DNA of 64,000 nucleotides, from assembly GCF_009914755.1 (NCBI RefSeq), contig NC_060929.1; one strand, 5' to 3'. Below, in pieces: positions 41,281-56,111 of this stretch; the first letter of the stretch is position 1, and the number at the start of each line of letters is the position of its first letter. The position numbers and the translations under genes are program-made. Source of the stretch: the human T2T-CHM13v2.0 reference genome, Homo sapiens. The notes under the pieces are model-generated. The model searched no databases and was not told the DNA's origin. It saw only the letters and a list, made by a program, of their open reading frames with translations.

Positions 41281-41961
41281 CATTAAAATAACAGCAGCTT
41301 CTCTCCAGAGCAATGTTCATACACACCATTAAACTAACATCCTTTCTTGCAAAAAGAACACCCACATATAGGAAACATGACTCCTCTATGAGAAACATAA
41401 AATAAAAATAAATTTAATCAATAGTTTGTGCTAGTAAATGCCTAAAGATAATGTTTTTGTGTGGTCACTTTCCTTATTTTTTTAACACAACATCCATTGA
41501 CCTATACTGAATGTTCCATGTTGTTTGTACATACTAGATATTGCAGTAGTAAAAAGATCAAAACTGGGGAGAGGCAAAGGTATTTTTAAATTTATTTAAG
41601 CTTTAATTTATTCAGATATGTAAATTTTATTTCAGAGCTAGAATGGTTCATTTTCACCAAAGTGTACTCATTCATTCATTCATTTATTCAATTATAAACT
41701 AAATACTTATTAGGCACTGTTAAATACTTGAGAGACTACAAGCAAGTCTCCCTATTTTGAAGAATCTAACTCCATAACTCAGAAATTTAAAAAAATACTC
41801 ATATATAATGCTTTTATAGCAATACAAAATAATATTCTTTAGAATTAAGAGCCAAATGGGCAGTATAGATACCAAGAAGATGGGAAATAGCACTTGAACA
41901 AGGTGGAACTTGAGCTGGGAGTTGAAATATGGACAGATTGTGAATTTGTAGAAAAGAAAGA

Positions 41962-42200
41962 ACCAGCCTGGCCAACATGATGAAACCTCATCTCTACTAA
42001 AAATACAAAAATTAGCCAGGTGTGGTAGTGCGCGCCTATAATCCCATCTACACAGGGGGCTGAAGCATGAGAATCTCTTAAACCTGGGAGGCAGACGTTG
42101 CAGTGAGCTGAGATCGCGCCACTGCACTCCACTCCAGCCTGGGTGACAAAGCAAGACTCCATCTGAAAAAAAAAAAAAAAAAAGAGAGAGAGAGAAAAAA
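41962..42200 (+). mobile_element. 5'-truncated AluS inside an antisense L2 (about 41668-42370)
   Basis: Begins accagcctggccaacatg; A/(GA) tail; flanked by aaagaaaga repeats; L2 tail ctcattcattcattcattt at about 41668. Confidence 0.9.
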
Positions 42201-42689
42201 AAAGAAAAGGAAAGAAAGAGATAGTATTCAAGGCAGAGAACATAGAAAAATGTTCCCAGATGATGAGTTGGGATTGTATGAAGAAGAGTGATTAACATAA
42301 AAAGCAGAGGAGTAGCATGAAATATTCCTAGGAAGGTCGTGTGTGTTCAGCCTGAGTTGGCAAAGGTGAGGAGGTATAAGTGGTGTGCTACAAAGTATTT
42401 CACCCTGAAAACTGACTCCACCATGAAGAAAGTATAGGAGGGAAGGGGTGTGGGGCAGGGAGTATATATATGAAGTCTGTATATATAATCAGGTTTCTAA
42501 CATAATTATTTTAATTTCTAGTAAATGGGTATCTAGCACCCTTCTTTTTGTTTTTCTGTTCCTTTAAGCATTCTGATGGGTAGACAGATTCTTTGTAGCC
42601 AAGAGAAATTTTGTAAGGGAAGGTGGAAAAAATATGTAAAAGAGAAAGAGGAGGAGAATCTAATTCTCTGAACTGAACATTAGCCTAGA

Positions 42690-42935
42690 AGTGAAGGGTG
42701 CTGACATTGAAACCAGATTCCCTAGGTTTGTGCCCCACACTTCCATTCACTGGCTTGCAAGTTTACACAAGATGTTTAAACTTTTTGTTCCTTATTTTAC
42801 TAAACAGTAAAATGATGATAACGTTAGTCCCATCTCATAGGGCTGAATATTGAGACCAAATATGTAAAATTCTTAGAAAAGTTCCTAGTACATAGTAAGT
42901 GCTGCTGAATAAATGGTAGCTATTGTTATTCTAAT
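42690..42935 (+). mobile_element. MIR
   Basis: cagtaaaatgatgataac, catctcataggg, cctagtacatagtaagtgct, aataaatggtagctatt. Confidence 0.8.
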
Positions 42936-43136
42936 GAGGAAGAAGGAACTCAGGCAACCAATACATCAATTTTAGGGTGAGAGGAGGAAGAAGAAACTGA
43001 ATAAAAATCTGATTTTCTTGGATACATTTAGTATTAAACAGTGCTCATCAAACTGTACTACTTCATACCAAGATGAACCACAAGCTCCCTGGATACATGA
43101 TTATTTAAGAAAAGAAAACCCTTGGTTCTGTTAGAA

Positions 43137-43350
43137 CTGAGTTTCTCAACTGTGACACTATGGACGTTTGTTGGGAAAGAAAGGCAGATGTCCTGTGCAT
43201 GGAAGGATATTTAATAGCATCTCTGGCCTCTATCTATGACATGCCAGTAGCCTCTCCTTCCCTCAGTCATCACAACCAAAAATGTTTCCAGACAGTTTTG
43301 TTCCCCAGATGTCACTGGGGAACAAAATCACCCCCACTCAAGAACTACTG
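43137..43350. mobile_element. MER20 hAT-Charlie element
   Basis: MER20 motifs (gtttctcaac, agcatctctggcctcta, acaaccaaaaatgtttccagac, acaaaatcacccc); perfect 8-bp TSD tgttagaa at 43129-43136 and 43351-43358. Confidence 0.92.
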
Positions 43351-44008
43351 TGTTAGAATAATCAGATGGAAACCCATTGCTTGAGTTTTTCAAACACAAG
43401 AATGTAGCCAAAATCAATACTGGTACCTTTAGCCTACACCCACTCAAATAAACCAGACAGCTTTCATCACAATGGACCTCACTGAGCAGAAACCACCCAT
43501 CCCATATGCCAGTGTCAAAGGAAGGTAAGTGGTAGAATGCAGAGGTACCAACAGGGAGGAGGAATTGGAAATGCGTTGGTGACTTAGCAAGATTTGAATA
43601 GTGGTATTTTCTAAGCAACCAAAATCGCCTGAGTAATATAATCACCTCTGTGCTTCTGTAGAATGGGAAAATAAAAATAACAAACAAGAAAGGGTTGCTT
43701 TAATCTGTATCTCATGTGAATCCATTAGACACTTGCTGCTTCTTGCTTTTCCTGGGATGATTTGCTTTTTAAAGCAGCAGGCAGCATATCAGACAAAAAA
43801 ACATCATGGCCTGGATGGTCTCTGCAGATGGGAAGCAAGACCTTTCTGACTGAAGGTGATCTGTCTCTGCCTAGAGAGTTAATATAGCCAGAGTTTTTCC
43901 TATCATAATGTATCAACTTTAGAAAGATTAATTTCAGCTAAATGGATATATGTTGTGAGCTCTGAGAACATTGAAAGCCCCATGCTAAGTTGCAGCTACT
44001 ATGCAGTA

Positions 44009-44383
44009 GGTCTTAGTCATCTCAGGCTGCTGTAACAAAATACCATAGACTGGGTGGCTTAAGCAACAGACATTTATTTCTCTGAGTTCGGAGTCTGGGA
44101 AGTCCAAGATCAAGGTGCCTGCTGAGTGAGTTCCTGGCACGAGCTGTCTTCCTGGTTTGCAGAGAAATGCCTTCTTGCATTCTCACATGGTAGAGAGAGA
44201 GTAGGAGATTTATGTCTCTTCTTATAAAGGGATTAAAACTACAATGGTGGGGGGGCAAAACATATGACCTTGTCTAAATCTAATTACATCCCAGAGGGTT
44301 GACCTCCATATACCATCACATTGGGTATTATTAGGGCTTCAACATATGAATTTGGGGGAAGACACAAAATTCAGTCCATAGCA
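44009..44383 (-). mobile_element. MLT1A/A0-like solo LTR (copy A)
   Basis: gtcttagt...ggctgctgtaacaaaataccatagactgggtggctta...ttcagtccatagca; TSD cagta/cagtg. Confidence 0.9.
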
Positions 44384-44525
44384 CAGTGGGTACTCTCCAG
44401 TAGAATAAAAAAAAAAATTTAAGAAGAAATATAGTAAATGTAGAAAAATACAGACTCTGTTCAGCAAAACCAATGTATTCAAAATTCTAAAACTCTAGTG
44501 TTTACTGAGATATTTGAAATAACTT

Positions 44526-44840
<315 letters not shown>

Positions 44841-46134
44841 CTATAGGCAAAACAAATGATTTGTGAAATGACAAAACATGATACAGGATTTCTGGAGAAT
44901 TTGACACAGTACACAGAGAAAAGTTGCAGAAAGAATAAATATTCTTTCCTGACTCCAAATGAGAAAAGGTACTGCTCAGAGATAAAATTAAAGACAAGAA
45001 AATTGGATATCTGTTTCAGGAAATAAAACTAACATTTTAAATCAGATTATTGAAGTATCCCCCAACCTTATTATTTTAGGTTGATCTGCTAAGTAAACCC
45101 ATTGGGCAAATCTTATGCAGGCAGGTAGCTAAATTAAGTGGCCCAAGAATTCTTTTCAATTTCCAATTTCTTTGACTTATAACACAATTAAGAAATTTAT
45201 AATGAGGTGAAAAATAGAATTACTTAGAAGGGATATTATCATATCTCATTTGTATTTGATTTAAACTGAAACCTAATCACTTTGAAAAGCTTTGTGCTGA
45301 CTGAGTTATTTTCTGCTACGTGGTGGATGCTCTTTCTTATTTGTTCACCATGGTCTGCTTTTATTTGAAATATTATGGTATTTAATAACATGTCTAGCCA
45401 TAACCACAGAGTTTCTTACAGCTTTTAATATCAGCAACATAACTCTTCTACTCTCTTGACTTAGCATTTCAAAAGTGAGGTTCATAAAAATCCTATTTGT
45501 AGAGCAAACATCTAACTCCAATTTCATGTACCAAATTTGGTAGCCATGGATTTCTTTATCTCCAGTGCATTTGCATTAACATAAGATGATAATGTTGCTA
45601 GCTTCTCTACCAAATAACATTCTAGCATAAGCCACAGCAAGGGCAAAAGCCCAGCAAAATTCAAGGATGTGACATACCCAGAGAATGCTAATATTCAGTG
45701 TAGCTGAAAAACTATGTATGAATGAAAAGGAATATCAAATTCTCGTGTAAAATACTTATTTTGAGTTTGAAATACTTAATTGTGACCAAAAAATTGTTTC
45801 TTTTCATATAAAAATAGAAGGACATCCTGGAGAACTGTGGCTGTCTCTGGAAAAGGTACTTTTGACTTCAAAATGTCACTGAAGAATTTGTGCCAGAAGC
45901 CTCCTTGAAGGCACACTTTTGATGAAAGAAAAAAGGATTTCTGGTTTTGAAAGCTCTTTTTCTCAGAAAAAAAAAAAAAAAAACCTTAGCAGAGGCACAA
46001 ATTGAAAAATGTACAATATATGATCATTGAATCTTTTTAAAAGTTAGTGCTAGGCAAGAAAAGCAATGGAAGAATTTCAGACACTACAGGAAACTCCTCA
46101 AATTCATATTTCCCTCTTACTGGCCTTGAAACTT

Positions 46135-46474
46135 GAAAATGAATGCAGATTTATGTGTCCCCACCCATCAAGTTCACACGTTGAAGCCCCAGTACCCAAT
46201 GTGATGGTATTTGGAGGTCAAGCCTCTGAGAGGTAATTAGTTTTAAACACGGTCATGTGGGTGCCCCCCTGACACACACCACTGTGGGATTAGTGCCCTT
46301 GTAGGAACAGACACAAGAGAAATCTCTCTGCACCAGAGAGAGATCCCTCACCAGGAACTGAATCAGTCTTACTTTGAGCTTGGAATTCCCAGACTCCAAA
46401 CTGAGAGAAATAAACGTCTGTTGCTTAAGCCACCCAGTCTATAGCATTTTGTTATAGCAGCCTGTGCTAAGACA
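46135..46474 (+). mobile_element. MLT1A/A0-like solo LTR (copy B), inverted relative to copy A
   Basis: gttgaagcccc, cccaatgtgatggtatttggaggt, taagccacccagtctat, ctaagaca end. Confidence 0.88.
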
Positions 46475-46943
46475 TACTGCAAACTAGTAGACAGCTAGGA
46501 AAGCTGATAGTTATATTAACTTTATTATTTACTGTTCTTCCGTTTCACATTGTTTGTGGCAGATGAAGCTTGCAGAACAGTTGGAGCAATAAAGCAGCCC
46601 AGGTATTTGTGGTGTTCCTTGACCCACAGGCTGGGGCAGCCACCCAGCAGAAGTGGAACAATAGAGCTGTTGCCCCTCCTAGAGAAGCTGCTGAAAGCCG
46701 GGGAGAAACACTCAAATCTTCACCCCTCCTCCTTCAGTCCAGTCTCCTGCCAGTGTCTCCCATCAGAAACCAGCTGGCAAGGCAGCCAGGAAAACACAGA
46801 CTGCAAGGATCAGCCTCTTAGCATACAGGACACAGCACAGGGAGGGCAAGAAACATATTCAAGAGCAAACAAATGACAGGCACACCTTGAAAATAGTGGT
46901 CAAGAGACAAAAGTGCTTCTACTGGTACAAAAGTACTCTGTGT

Positions 46944-46949
46944 GCTCTC

Positions 46950-46997
<48 letters not shown>

Positions 46998-47003
46998 TGT
47001 GTG
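46944..47003. repeat. (CT)n(GT)n compound microsatellite
   Basis: Direct reading. Confidence 0.95.
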
Positions 47004-47194
47004 TTTTCTTAGAAGTTACTTTGTTTTGTTTTGTTTTGAGATATGATCATTACTATTTAATATGATCTTCTCAAGAAGCCCGGTAATATTGGACACTTCC
47101 TTCTAAAGCAGTGATAGAAGGATACTGGTATACTTCAAGAATGGATGGTAATATATGCATGAGATATATCTTTTAGTTCATGTATTGCTCTTAG

Positions 47195-47500
<306 letters not shown>

Positions 47501-47929
47501 TAATGGTGCACTTCTGAAATTTGCTCCCACCAAAACGGCACAACCATGGCCTTGTCAGCCTCCAAGGAATGTGGTGTGAACATGGATCATTCTAACCATA
47601 CGGAGGCACAGTAAGACCAGGACTTAATTTGAGCCTCTGAACTGAGCATAGGGTTTAATGAACCACTTCTCCACTGTGATAAAGTATACTAGCAAAACTG
47701 CTATGGTTTGTATGCACAGCCTGCAGCTGAACCCATTACAGGATGCATTATTTGATAGGAGGTCTGAAAGACTGAAGAGCAATTACTCTCTACAACCAAG
47801 GGCAAATGGCAACTGTGGAGCTTGGCCTTTTCTCATTTCTTGGTTTCCTGAGGTCAGAGTTCTCTACAATGACAAAACCTCTTTGCTCTGGCTCATTTGA
47901 AAAGCAATGTCATTTTAAAGGTTAGATTT

Positions 47930-47975
47930 TGTGTGTGTGTGTATGTGTGTGTATGTGTGTGTGTGTCTGTGTGTG
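47930..47975. repeat. Interrupted (TG)n microsatellite
   Basis: Direct reading. Confidence 0.9.
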
Positions 47976-48919
47976 TAAGATAGAGAGAGGATTTTATAGT
48001 GATTTTTATGACAATCAATTAAAAAAATGCTTTGGAAACATTTATTGAGAGGGGTCACAAAGGTAAATGTCGTGTTGAAAGGAAACAGATAGTTCTGGCT
48101 CTTCCAAATCTGTTTTACCAGAACCCAAGGCCTAGGAAAGGGACAACAGTCCTCGATGAAGTCCATTACTGGGCCCTGAGAATAATCTTTCCTTACCTTC
48201 CTGCATATCATTTTCCTTTCCTCCTCTCTCCCCTCCCCTTTCCCCAAGATACAGAGCTGGCTGGGAGGCCAGCTTAACCATGTCCCACCCCCTTTCTCTC
48301 ACTTTGCCCCAGGACAGTCAGAGCTAAACTCACAAAGGTGAAGCACTGATACAGGCCCCAGGACCAATCCCCAGACCCACCCTCCCTCCACTGCACCACA
48401 GGTTCCCACTGCCATTACCGAGCATGGTGCCCCCTGACCAGCCTTCACTCCTCAGCCCTTCTGAAAGCCCCCCAGCTCTTCACCCCAGAGACCCCAGCCC
48501 CATTCAAGTACCCATGGTCCTCTGCTTCAGTCTAGGCATTTTCCTGACATGGAGGCTCAAGCTCACTTATGAATATTTAAAGAGTCATGATTTTTTTAAT
48601 CCTTGAAGGCTACTGACTTTCTGAGCCCAACATCATCAACAAATAGTAAGGGAGTCATAAAGAAAATGCTTTGCTCACCTTTCATCTTTCTTTTGTGGCA
48701 AGTAAGAAAAAAGAAAAACAAACCTACTTCTCACAAAACCTGGATGTGACTGTGTGTTCAGGAAAAAAGAAAGAGATGGGGGCTGGTGGAGGCAGGAGGG
48801 CAGATGACAAAGGACACAGCCCAAGGTCATAAAAGGGGGTGGAAAGAGTTGTATAAGCCTTCACTCCCACCTCTCCACTTCCCAGAGGTCCAGTCCCTGC
48901 TCCTCATTCCTCCCGATGC

Positions 48920-49060
48920 CATTCCTGGTGCTTGTTGGAAAAGCAGGATCTCAGGCCCCACCCCAGACCTCCTGAATCAGATGATCTAGGGGTGGAGCAC
49001 AGGAGTAGGTTTTAGCAAACTTTCCAGGTGATTCTAATGCCTGCTAAAGTTGAAAAGCAA
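48920..49060. mobile_element. MER5A
   Basis: tctcaggccccaccccagacctcctgaatcaga and tccaggtgattctaatgc. Confidence 0.8.
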
Positions 49061-49384
49061 CACCATATGGTGCAGACACCAGTGTCTTGTGCACTGTTGT
49101 TTAATAAACAAACACTTGCTAATTTAAGTATATTTGCAAGGTCTTGGTGTGGCCCAGACTGCAAGCTCCCTGAGAGCAGAGACCATATCTTTCTTCATGC
49201 CTGACAATGCATTTGTTGAAGGGAAATAGAATCAGATAGTATTTTGCTTTTGTTTTTGTTTTCCACTTTAACCTTTTCTAATTAAAAGTTTCAAAACAGC
49301 AAGGAAAATCACAGTGAGTGTTGTTTAGAGAATGGTTTTGAGATAATATATCAATACCATGTGAATAATTAATAACATCAGTTT

Positions 49385-49820
49385 ACCAGTAATATTAATA
49401 CCTTCCAGTCATATAGTGGCTCTGTGGTTTTGAAAACTCTTCCATGAACATTTTTCATTTGATCCTCAAGAAATTTTGGCAGGAAAATGTATAGGTTTCT
49501 TTCTTTCCTCTCATAGAAGAGGAAGCAGAAGTTCAGAAAAGCTGAGAAAATAGTCTTGGTTTTCCTAATTAGGTACAAAAACTGGAACCCAGGACTTTGA
49601 GCTCCTACTCCATTGGAAAGGTTTGTATTCCAGTTCTGTTATATGTTATCGGATTGTTTCTAGTAACTTACCCTTGTAAGTCTTTATTTTGCAGTTTCTT
49701 CATCTGCAAAATGGGAAAACAATGGTTCCTATTTTAAAAGGTTGTTGTAAGAATTAAATGAAATGATAAAGGTAAAGCACTCAGCATAGGGCTGGCACAA
49801 AGATTTCTTTATTGTTATAT
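49385..49820. mobile_element. Two MIRs in opposite orientation
   Basis: tagaagaggaagcagaagttcagaaa (-) then cagtttcttcatctgcaaaatggg...gttgttgtaagaattaaatga (+). Confidence 0.7.
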
Positions 49821-50177
49821 GTCTGAATTTACATATTATTCATACAATCATTATATATTTATGATTATTGCACCACACTGACTCCCACTAGAGTGACCAA
49901 TATTCCATACATGGTTTAGCAAGGCTGGGGTCTTCCTCGTTTCAGAAGGTGTTCCTTGCTAACTTAACAGGACATTTAGGCCTCCAGTCTGCCTTTCATG
50001 CCAGGAGTGTTTCTCACTGCTGCTCCCCAATGGATCTTTATGCACGCTGCAGGTTGGGTATCTTCTGTGGTCACAGTGCTTACCACCCTTTCTCATAGAC
50101 AGGTTGCCTAGTCATTCCAAGCACATGCCTTCCTTAGCCATTGTATTGTTAAGTTGTTATGGTTAATTTATATTTAT

Positions 50178-50184
<7 letters not shown>

Positions 50185-50221
<37 letters not shown>

Positions 50222-50222
50222 T
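50185..50222. repeat. (TA)n(CA)n microsatellite
   Basis: Direct reading. Confidence 0.95.
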
Positions 50223-52721
50223 ATACATATGGTAGAACCACAGCTTTTATCCAAATATAAAATAAACACATGTCAAAGATATTATTTAATTCTGGACTTA
50301 AAGAAGGGACCAGTAAGATGTTGCATAGGCTCAAGGGGATATTCAGTGAATGCACACATACAGGCAATCAGGAATGCAGAAATGAATTTACCAAGTTACA
50401 AAATGGGTTAACACCCATGGAGCAAGAATCAGATGCATGCCACCAAACACAATTTATTGGCATTTCTTTCTATTTGCAAGAACTTATATTATTATTGGTT
50501 TTCCACCACCTACAGAGCTATAAAATAGCTCAAAGATGACAAAAGCAGAGATAACCTGGAAAGCTGTGCTGAACAGGGCCCCCAGTCATCTTTTCTGCCC
50601 ACTTTGAAGTCTTTCGCAATCTTTCCTGACAGTGGGATCTCAAAAGAGTAGTTTAGTGTTGGAGGAAGAGAAGGTATCACTATATCCAGTTCCCTGCCTA
50701 GAAAAGAGGCTTCACAGTCCTGGTCTTCAAAAGGCCCGAGCGAGTTTTCTTCTTTGGTTCTCTTCTTCTCTTAATACCCTCTTCCCCTTTTCCTGAAGAT
50801 TTCATCTCAAAGTTCTACAAAATCCACAAACTCAAAGTCCCACTCCTTCTCCTTGGAAATCCCAACTCTCCCATAGGACTCCCTTGGTCCTGTCTTAATA
50901 TCTCACAAACCTCGGTGTTCAGGCTTTGGCTGAATGTCTGTGAAGCTTCTTTTCTCAGCCACCAGGAATACAAAGTGGGAAGAGAAGGTTCTGGTACCTA
51001 AGTGAGGGCAAGTAAGTACTGGGTTCTAAGTTTAGCTTCCCCTTCAACAAGCCTGATTGCCTTCCCACTAACCTAAGAAGGAAGCATATCTTGCCAAAGA
51101 TCACTAATTCCCCCAGGACAATATAAATCTTGTCTAATTTGAGAGAAGGATATTTATTTCTAACAACATGACTTTGGCCTTGCCCTGTGAAAGCATAACC
51201 CAGTCATTCTTGAGCTGAGGAACGTCTTACCTTTTCCTAGGTCAGACTTTCATTCCTCTCCCTTTGTTGTCCAGAAGGGTGGTCCTTGCTTCATCTAGTT
51301 ACTGTTGTTTTTCTTCCTTGCATAGAAGAAAAGAAATGTCCAGTTGTTTCTACCACACATGTGGTTTAAAAAATAGAATTTGACATTTTATAAAATTAGG
51401 AGATCAGAAGTTGTAAGACAGGCATGATGGAAATAGGTCTAAGTTTAGATTTAGACTAAGGGAGAATTGGATGTGGTGCAAGGTAGTTCCAGGACTAGGT
51501 GGATCAAGAACACTGCTTCTTGAGCTCTCGAAATATGTTCTCAGTACTGGCTCTCTGCAACAGACTTACCACAGAGAGGTGGATCAAACAGATCCTTCCA
51601 GAACATCCAGTTCTGCTTGCTTCCACATGCAGCTGAATTGACACTCCTAGATCTATGCATATTGAAGCATTTTTGGTTTTTCCAGGAGATATATTATTTT
51701 CTACTTTAAAAGATAATCAAGCATATGAATTTCTTACCAAGTTCCACATTCAACACAATGTAGGCACTTTCCCTCCTGTGCAAGCAGACAGCACATTGAA
51801 GACAAGCATTCACAGGAGCCTTGGGATATAGACCCACACTGGCCACTAAGTAGTTGAGCTATCTCAGGCACTCACATTTGGAGTTTCAGCTTTGTCATCT
51901 CCAAAATGAAGGTGCTGGACTGGGGTTCTTCAAAGCAGCTCTTCCACAATGTCAAAGTGCTAAGTAACTCCTAAGATATCCTCATCCTATCTGTCTGTGC
52001 TAGATCAGAAAGGAAAATGTGACTTCTCCAGCCTGGGGATGAATAGCCAGTCACACAGATGTCCTTTGCAGACTGTGATGGGGTGAACACTTGCCTTCCC
52101 TTACTGCAGACAGTGTCAGGGTATAAAAGGTTCTGTGGAAGAAGCTGCCAGCAACACACCCTAAAAGGGATGCATTGGGGCACTGGCATCACATAAGATG
52201 GTAATTTATTCTGTGCTTATATTCTGAGTCAGGCATTTTTGCCGTATTCAGTTTGTCATTCACTCATTCATTCAATCTCTAATTCTACATTACTGTTTGA
52301 GTACCTTCTATGTGCCATATATTTTGCTGAATTCTGGAGACTTAATGATGAACACACAGTTGAGGTCTCTGTCCTCATGGTACCTATAGTCAAGGGGGGA
52401 TGTGAATAAGTGAAAAAGTTATAGTGAGTGATGTACAAGGCATATGTGGGCCTGCATGAGTGGCAACTAACCCAGAGGAAGATGGAAGAGACTAAGAGGG
52501 CCTGACACAGAAGCCATAAATGTGTTTTAGACAGATGGTACATGTGATGGCTACAGGTGATTTCTTGCAAAACTAATGAAGCTTAAGTTTAGTGGTGTAC
52601 CCATAAACTGGCTCTTTGAAAAAAGGATGAAATTATTTAATAATCAGTGCTTTTGAGCCATACTGCCAGCTCCAGAACACAGCTAAACTTTGGGCCCCTT
52701 ACTAAGACAAATCCCCTCTTA

Positions 52722-53169
52722 GTGTCTTAGTAATTCCCCTAGAGCAGGCTCTGAGACAGGAGTTTGCGCATAAGTAGTTTATGTGGGAAGTGAAAGAAAT
52801 ACCCATAGCAAGAGGGTAAGTGGGCTGTGAAAGGCAAGACAGCCAATAAAAGGTCTGTGTTCAAGCCACCTACCATTATGGGTTACCAGAGCTTAATCTT
52901 TCTTTAAAATTCTGAGAATCAGTATGGTAACAACCTGAGGAGAAAGGGAGCTGGGGTATCTATACTCCAACTTCTGTCAGTCATTGGCTCAGGTCTGCTC
53001 CTGAGTGTGTTATTTTCCTTTCATATTTTACCTTCCCTGACAGGGGGAGTGACCTTCCGTTGCTTTCACGAAAGCTGTAAAGCAAAGAGATGCAGATACT
53101 GACAGTTGGAAGTCAGCCAACAAGCACAGAAGTGGTAAGGCCTGGGGGATATAGACAGTATCTGGTACA
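52722..53169. mobile_element. MLT1I-like MaLR LTR nested in antisense L2 sequence
   Basis: agcaggctctgagacaggagtttgcgcataagtagtttat.tgggaagtga, ggagctggggtat.tatac, gtcagtcattgg. Confidence 0.65.
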
Positions 53170-56111
53170 GATTATCCCATACTTAATTATGTATTTGTAA
53201 TTTGCGTTTTACTTAAATTGGGCCCTCAAATTTTTATGAATTTTAGACCTCACAAAACCTGAAACCACCTATAGTGACAGGCCTAACTTGCTGAAAATAC
53301 AGAGTGTATGGGAAAATCAAAGAAATTTAAAAGCCCGTATCAGAATTGGAAGGAAGACGGAGGGTAGCAAGAGATGAAACTAGAAGCTAGAAAGTTGAAG
53401 CTAGAAGCTAGAAAGGTAAGCCAAGGCCCTATGAAGGGTGCTATGTTAAACTGGGCTTTTCTAGATTTGGCTGACATTTGTTGGTGTCTGCAGAACTCAG
53501 CTGGGTTCCTTGGGGCATCTCATTTCTGGGACAAACTGACAGAGCAACCCCTTTCTGGGATGGGCTCTTCCCAAGATGAAGAATAAGAACCCAAGAGGGC
53601 TGATGGAAGCTCACCATGCCTCTGATGTCTGTTAATCACAGCAGCACAGGTCAAATCTCCTTATATTCCATTGGCCAGATCCAAAGTTAGTAGGGCAAGG
53701 TACACCTGCAGGGAAGGACATAATGACTAAGTAAGAACTGTAATACAGCCTACTACTGGATTTTCACCAAAATGTTAATAGTGGAGATAGCGAGATTTCT
53801 GATCATTTTTCCTTTAGCTTTTCACTACTGTTAGAATTTGTAGTAAGAATGTAGCAATTGTACCAAAAAATATGAACCTATTCTTCTAAATAATAAAAGA
53901 TTATATCAAATATTGAAGAGCATTTTTAAGGATATCTTTTTAAATTTTTCCTTTTTTAATGTGTTATTTATAAATGAATTAATATACATATAAAAGGCCT
54001 ACCCCCTAAACTTCCTAAAACTACCTATTAGCATTTATAGCATGTGTAACTAATCAGACTTTATTATGTTCCTGTTTCTGGTTTCTTAGTATTACTCTCA
54101 TTAAATTTTTTTATTTTGTATATGTCTTTGTAAATCACCTGGAAGTACTTTGTGATGTTAGCTAGGAAATAAAGAAATAGATTATTTAGAAACTAGAAAG
54201 AAAAGTAGTTGGAGGGAATCATCCTAATAATACGCAGCCCTGATAGCATATACAAATCACCTGGAGATTTCTTTTTAATACCTCTGATGGAGACTCTAGA
54301 GGTTCTAATTTAATGTTTCTGAATTGGGCTAATTTTTAAAAGCTCTCTGAAGGTTGAGAAAAATTGAATAAATAAATGATTAAATTAAGTGAAAAAAATA
54401 ACAAAAGGGCCAATTATATGTGAAGAGCAAAAGCAGGTTGGGAAGTTTCTTTACAAACTTGAAGTAGGCTGTGATACTAAAAAGCCAAAGCTCCCAAATA
54501 TTAAAAAGAATAAGGGAAATGGATGCAGTAGAGCAATATTAGCTTCCAGAATTAGAAAGGGCCTGCTATTAAGATCTGTTCGAGCTTCGCTGGGTGAGGA
54601 AGAGTGAGTCATATTCTCTCTGATACCTCATATTCCCACATACATCCCAAATCAGACCCTAATCGACAATTGTTTTTGTGGGTCACTGAGGTGCATTTTG
54701 TGGACTGTTTTTCAGAACATTGTGATTAAGCAAAAGTCTGTCATTCTCCATGAGAAGAGGCTGAACTCATAGGCGATTACTTACACACCCAGAACAGGAG
54801 AGAAGGAATACTAGAAATATTGTAGAAATGCGGTTTGTTCACTTGTTTATAGCTCTTCAGACTTAAATTATTTTATTCTGTGCAGAGTTCAGTTGTTTAT
54901 GTGTGAAACATCATAAAATATCAAAAGCTCTTTTATCTTGATGTCTCATCCCAGCTTTTTTGAGACTCCTCTTTAATATTTGATAAGAACCAAAATAGGG
55001 ATAAATTATGCTTTCCTCCTCTTTCTTTTTTACGTTTATACATAAATGTTGAGAGAAAGCTTGAGGTATTTGTTTTGTTTTGTTTTGTTTTAGCTAAATG
55101 GCAAGTAAATAACAGGCTTTTTAGTAACTATGATCTGGCACTGGTAAGGTCTGAGGTAACTGCCATTTGCAGAGTAACCATGGTGACCAGCATATGGCTT
55201 CTGATTCCATTAATCTTGTTGAGATTAACAGTAAATCCCAAAGGATCTTTTGCAGTGATTCAGAAATAAATCATCTTTTCACATGTATACTGTTTGGTGA
55301 CAGCCACTCGCTTTCAGTGTGTGTCTCTACCCAACAAAGAAATAAGACAGTCTCTCTCATGAGATGATTGGAAATGTGTCCCTCAAATAAGAAATTTCAC
55401 AAAATACATCCAATGGTGAAAAGGTAAATACATATAAATACCATGTGAAAGGAGGATTTATTCAACAAACATTTGTCATACCCCTGATAGACACATAAGG
55501 GGAAGGTCATTTACTCCCAGTTAAAAATTTATTTGTATAGAACCTCAGCCTGGAGATATGGAATGGAAACAAAATTTGAGACTCTTTAATGAAAAAAATC
55601 CAATTATTATTTCAATTATAGGAATTAGAAATGATGAATTAAGCTGGATTTGGGAAGAGGAGCAGCTGGCTGCCCAAGAGGAGACTAATAATGTGTTCTA
55701 TGTGTAACGAGATGTTGCAACTTAAAAAGTACAGTGTGGCCCTACCTAAAACCATATTTGGCCTACAACAGCCCCAGAGCATGTAAAATAATAGCCTCAT
55801 TTTACAGATGAAGATACTGAACTAAACAATTCAGAGTGACTTCCCCATATTCACTAAGTATTAGAGCTTTCTCAAACTGGCGGAATAAATTGTTGAGTCT
55901 GAGTTGGAAGGGATGGGAACTGAATTACTATCCCAGCATTCTTCTGACGCTAATTCCTATTACAGTGTAGACAAAATATGCATAACTGTGGGTCTTTCTC
56001 AACTCATGGAGTTTATACTTCCTCATCTCTAAGTTTTCCTTGGTTAAAGGAATACTCCGAGCTCTTATTTCAACCTAGACCTTCCTACATAAAAGAAATA
56101 TCAAGAACACA

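Noticed and set aside
41720-42298. Longest ORF (192 aa, - strand) and similar ORFs at 29663, 44616, 47219 and 59827
   Set aside because: Translations of Alu sequence and low-complexity tails, not genes.
53375-53416. 21-bp tandem duplication giving MKLEARKLKLEARK
   Set aside because: Simple slippage duplication inside decayed L2-like sequence.
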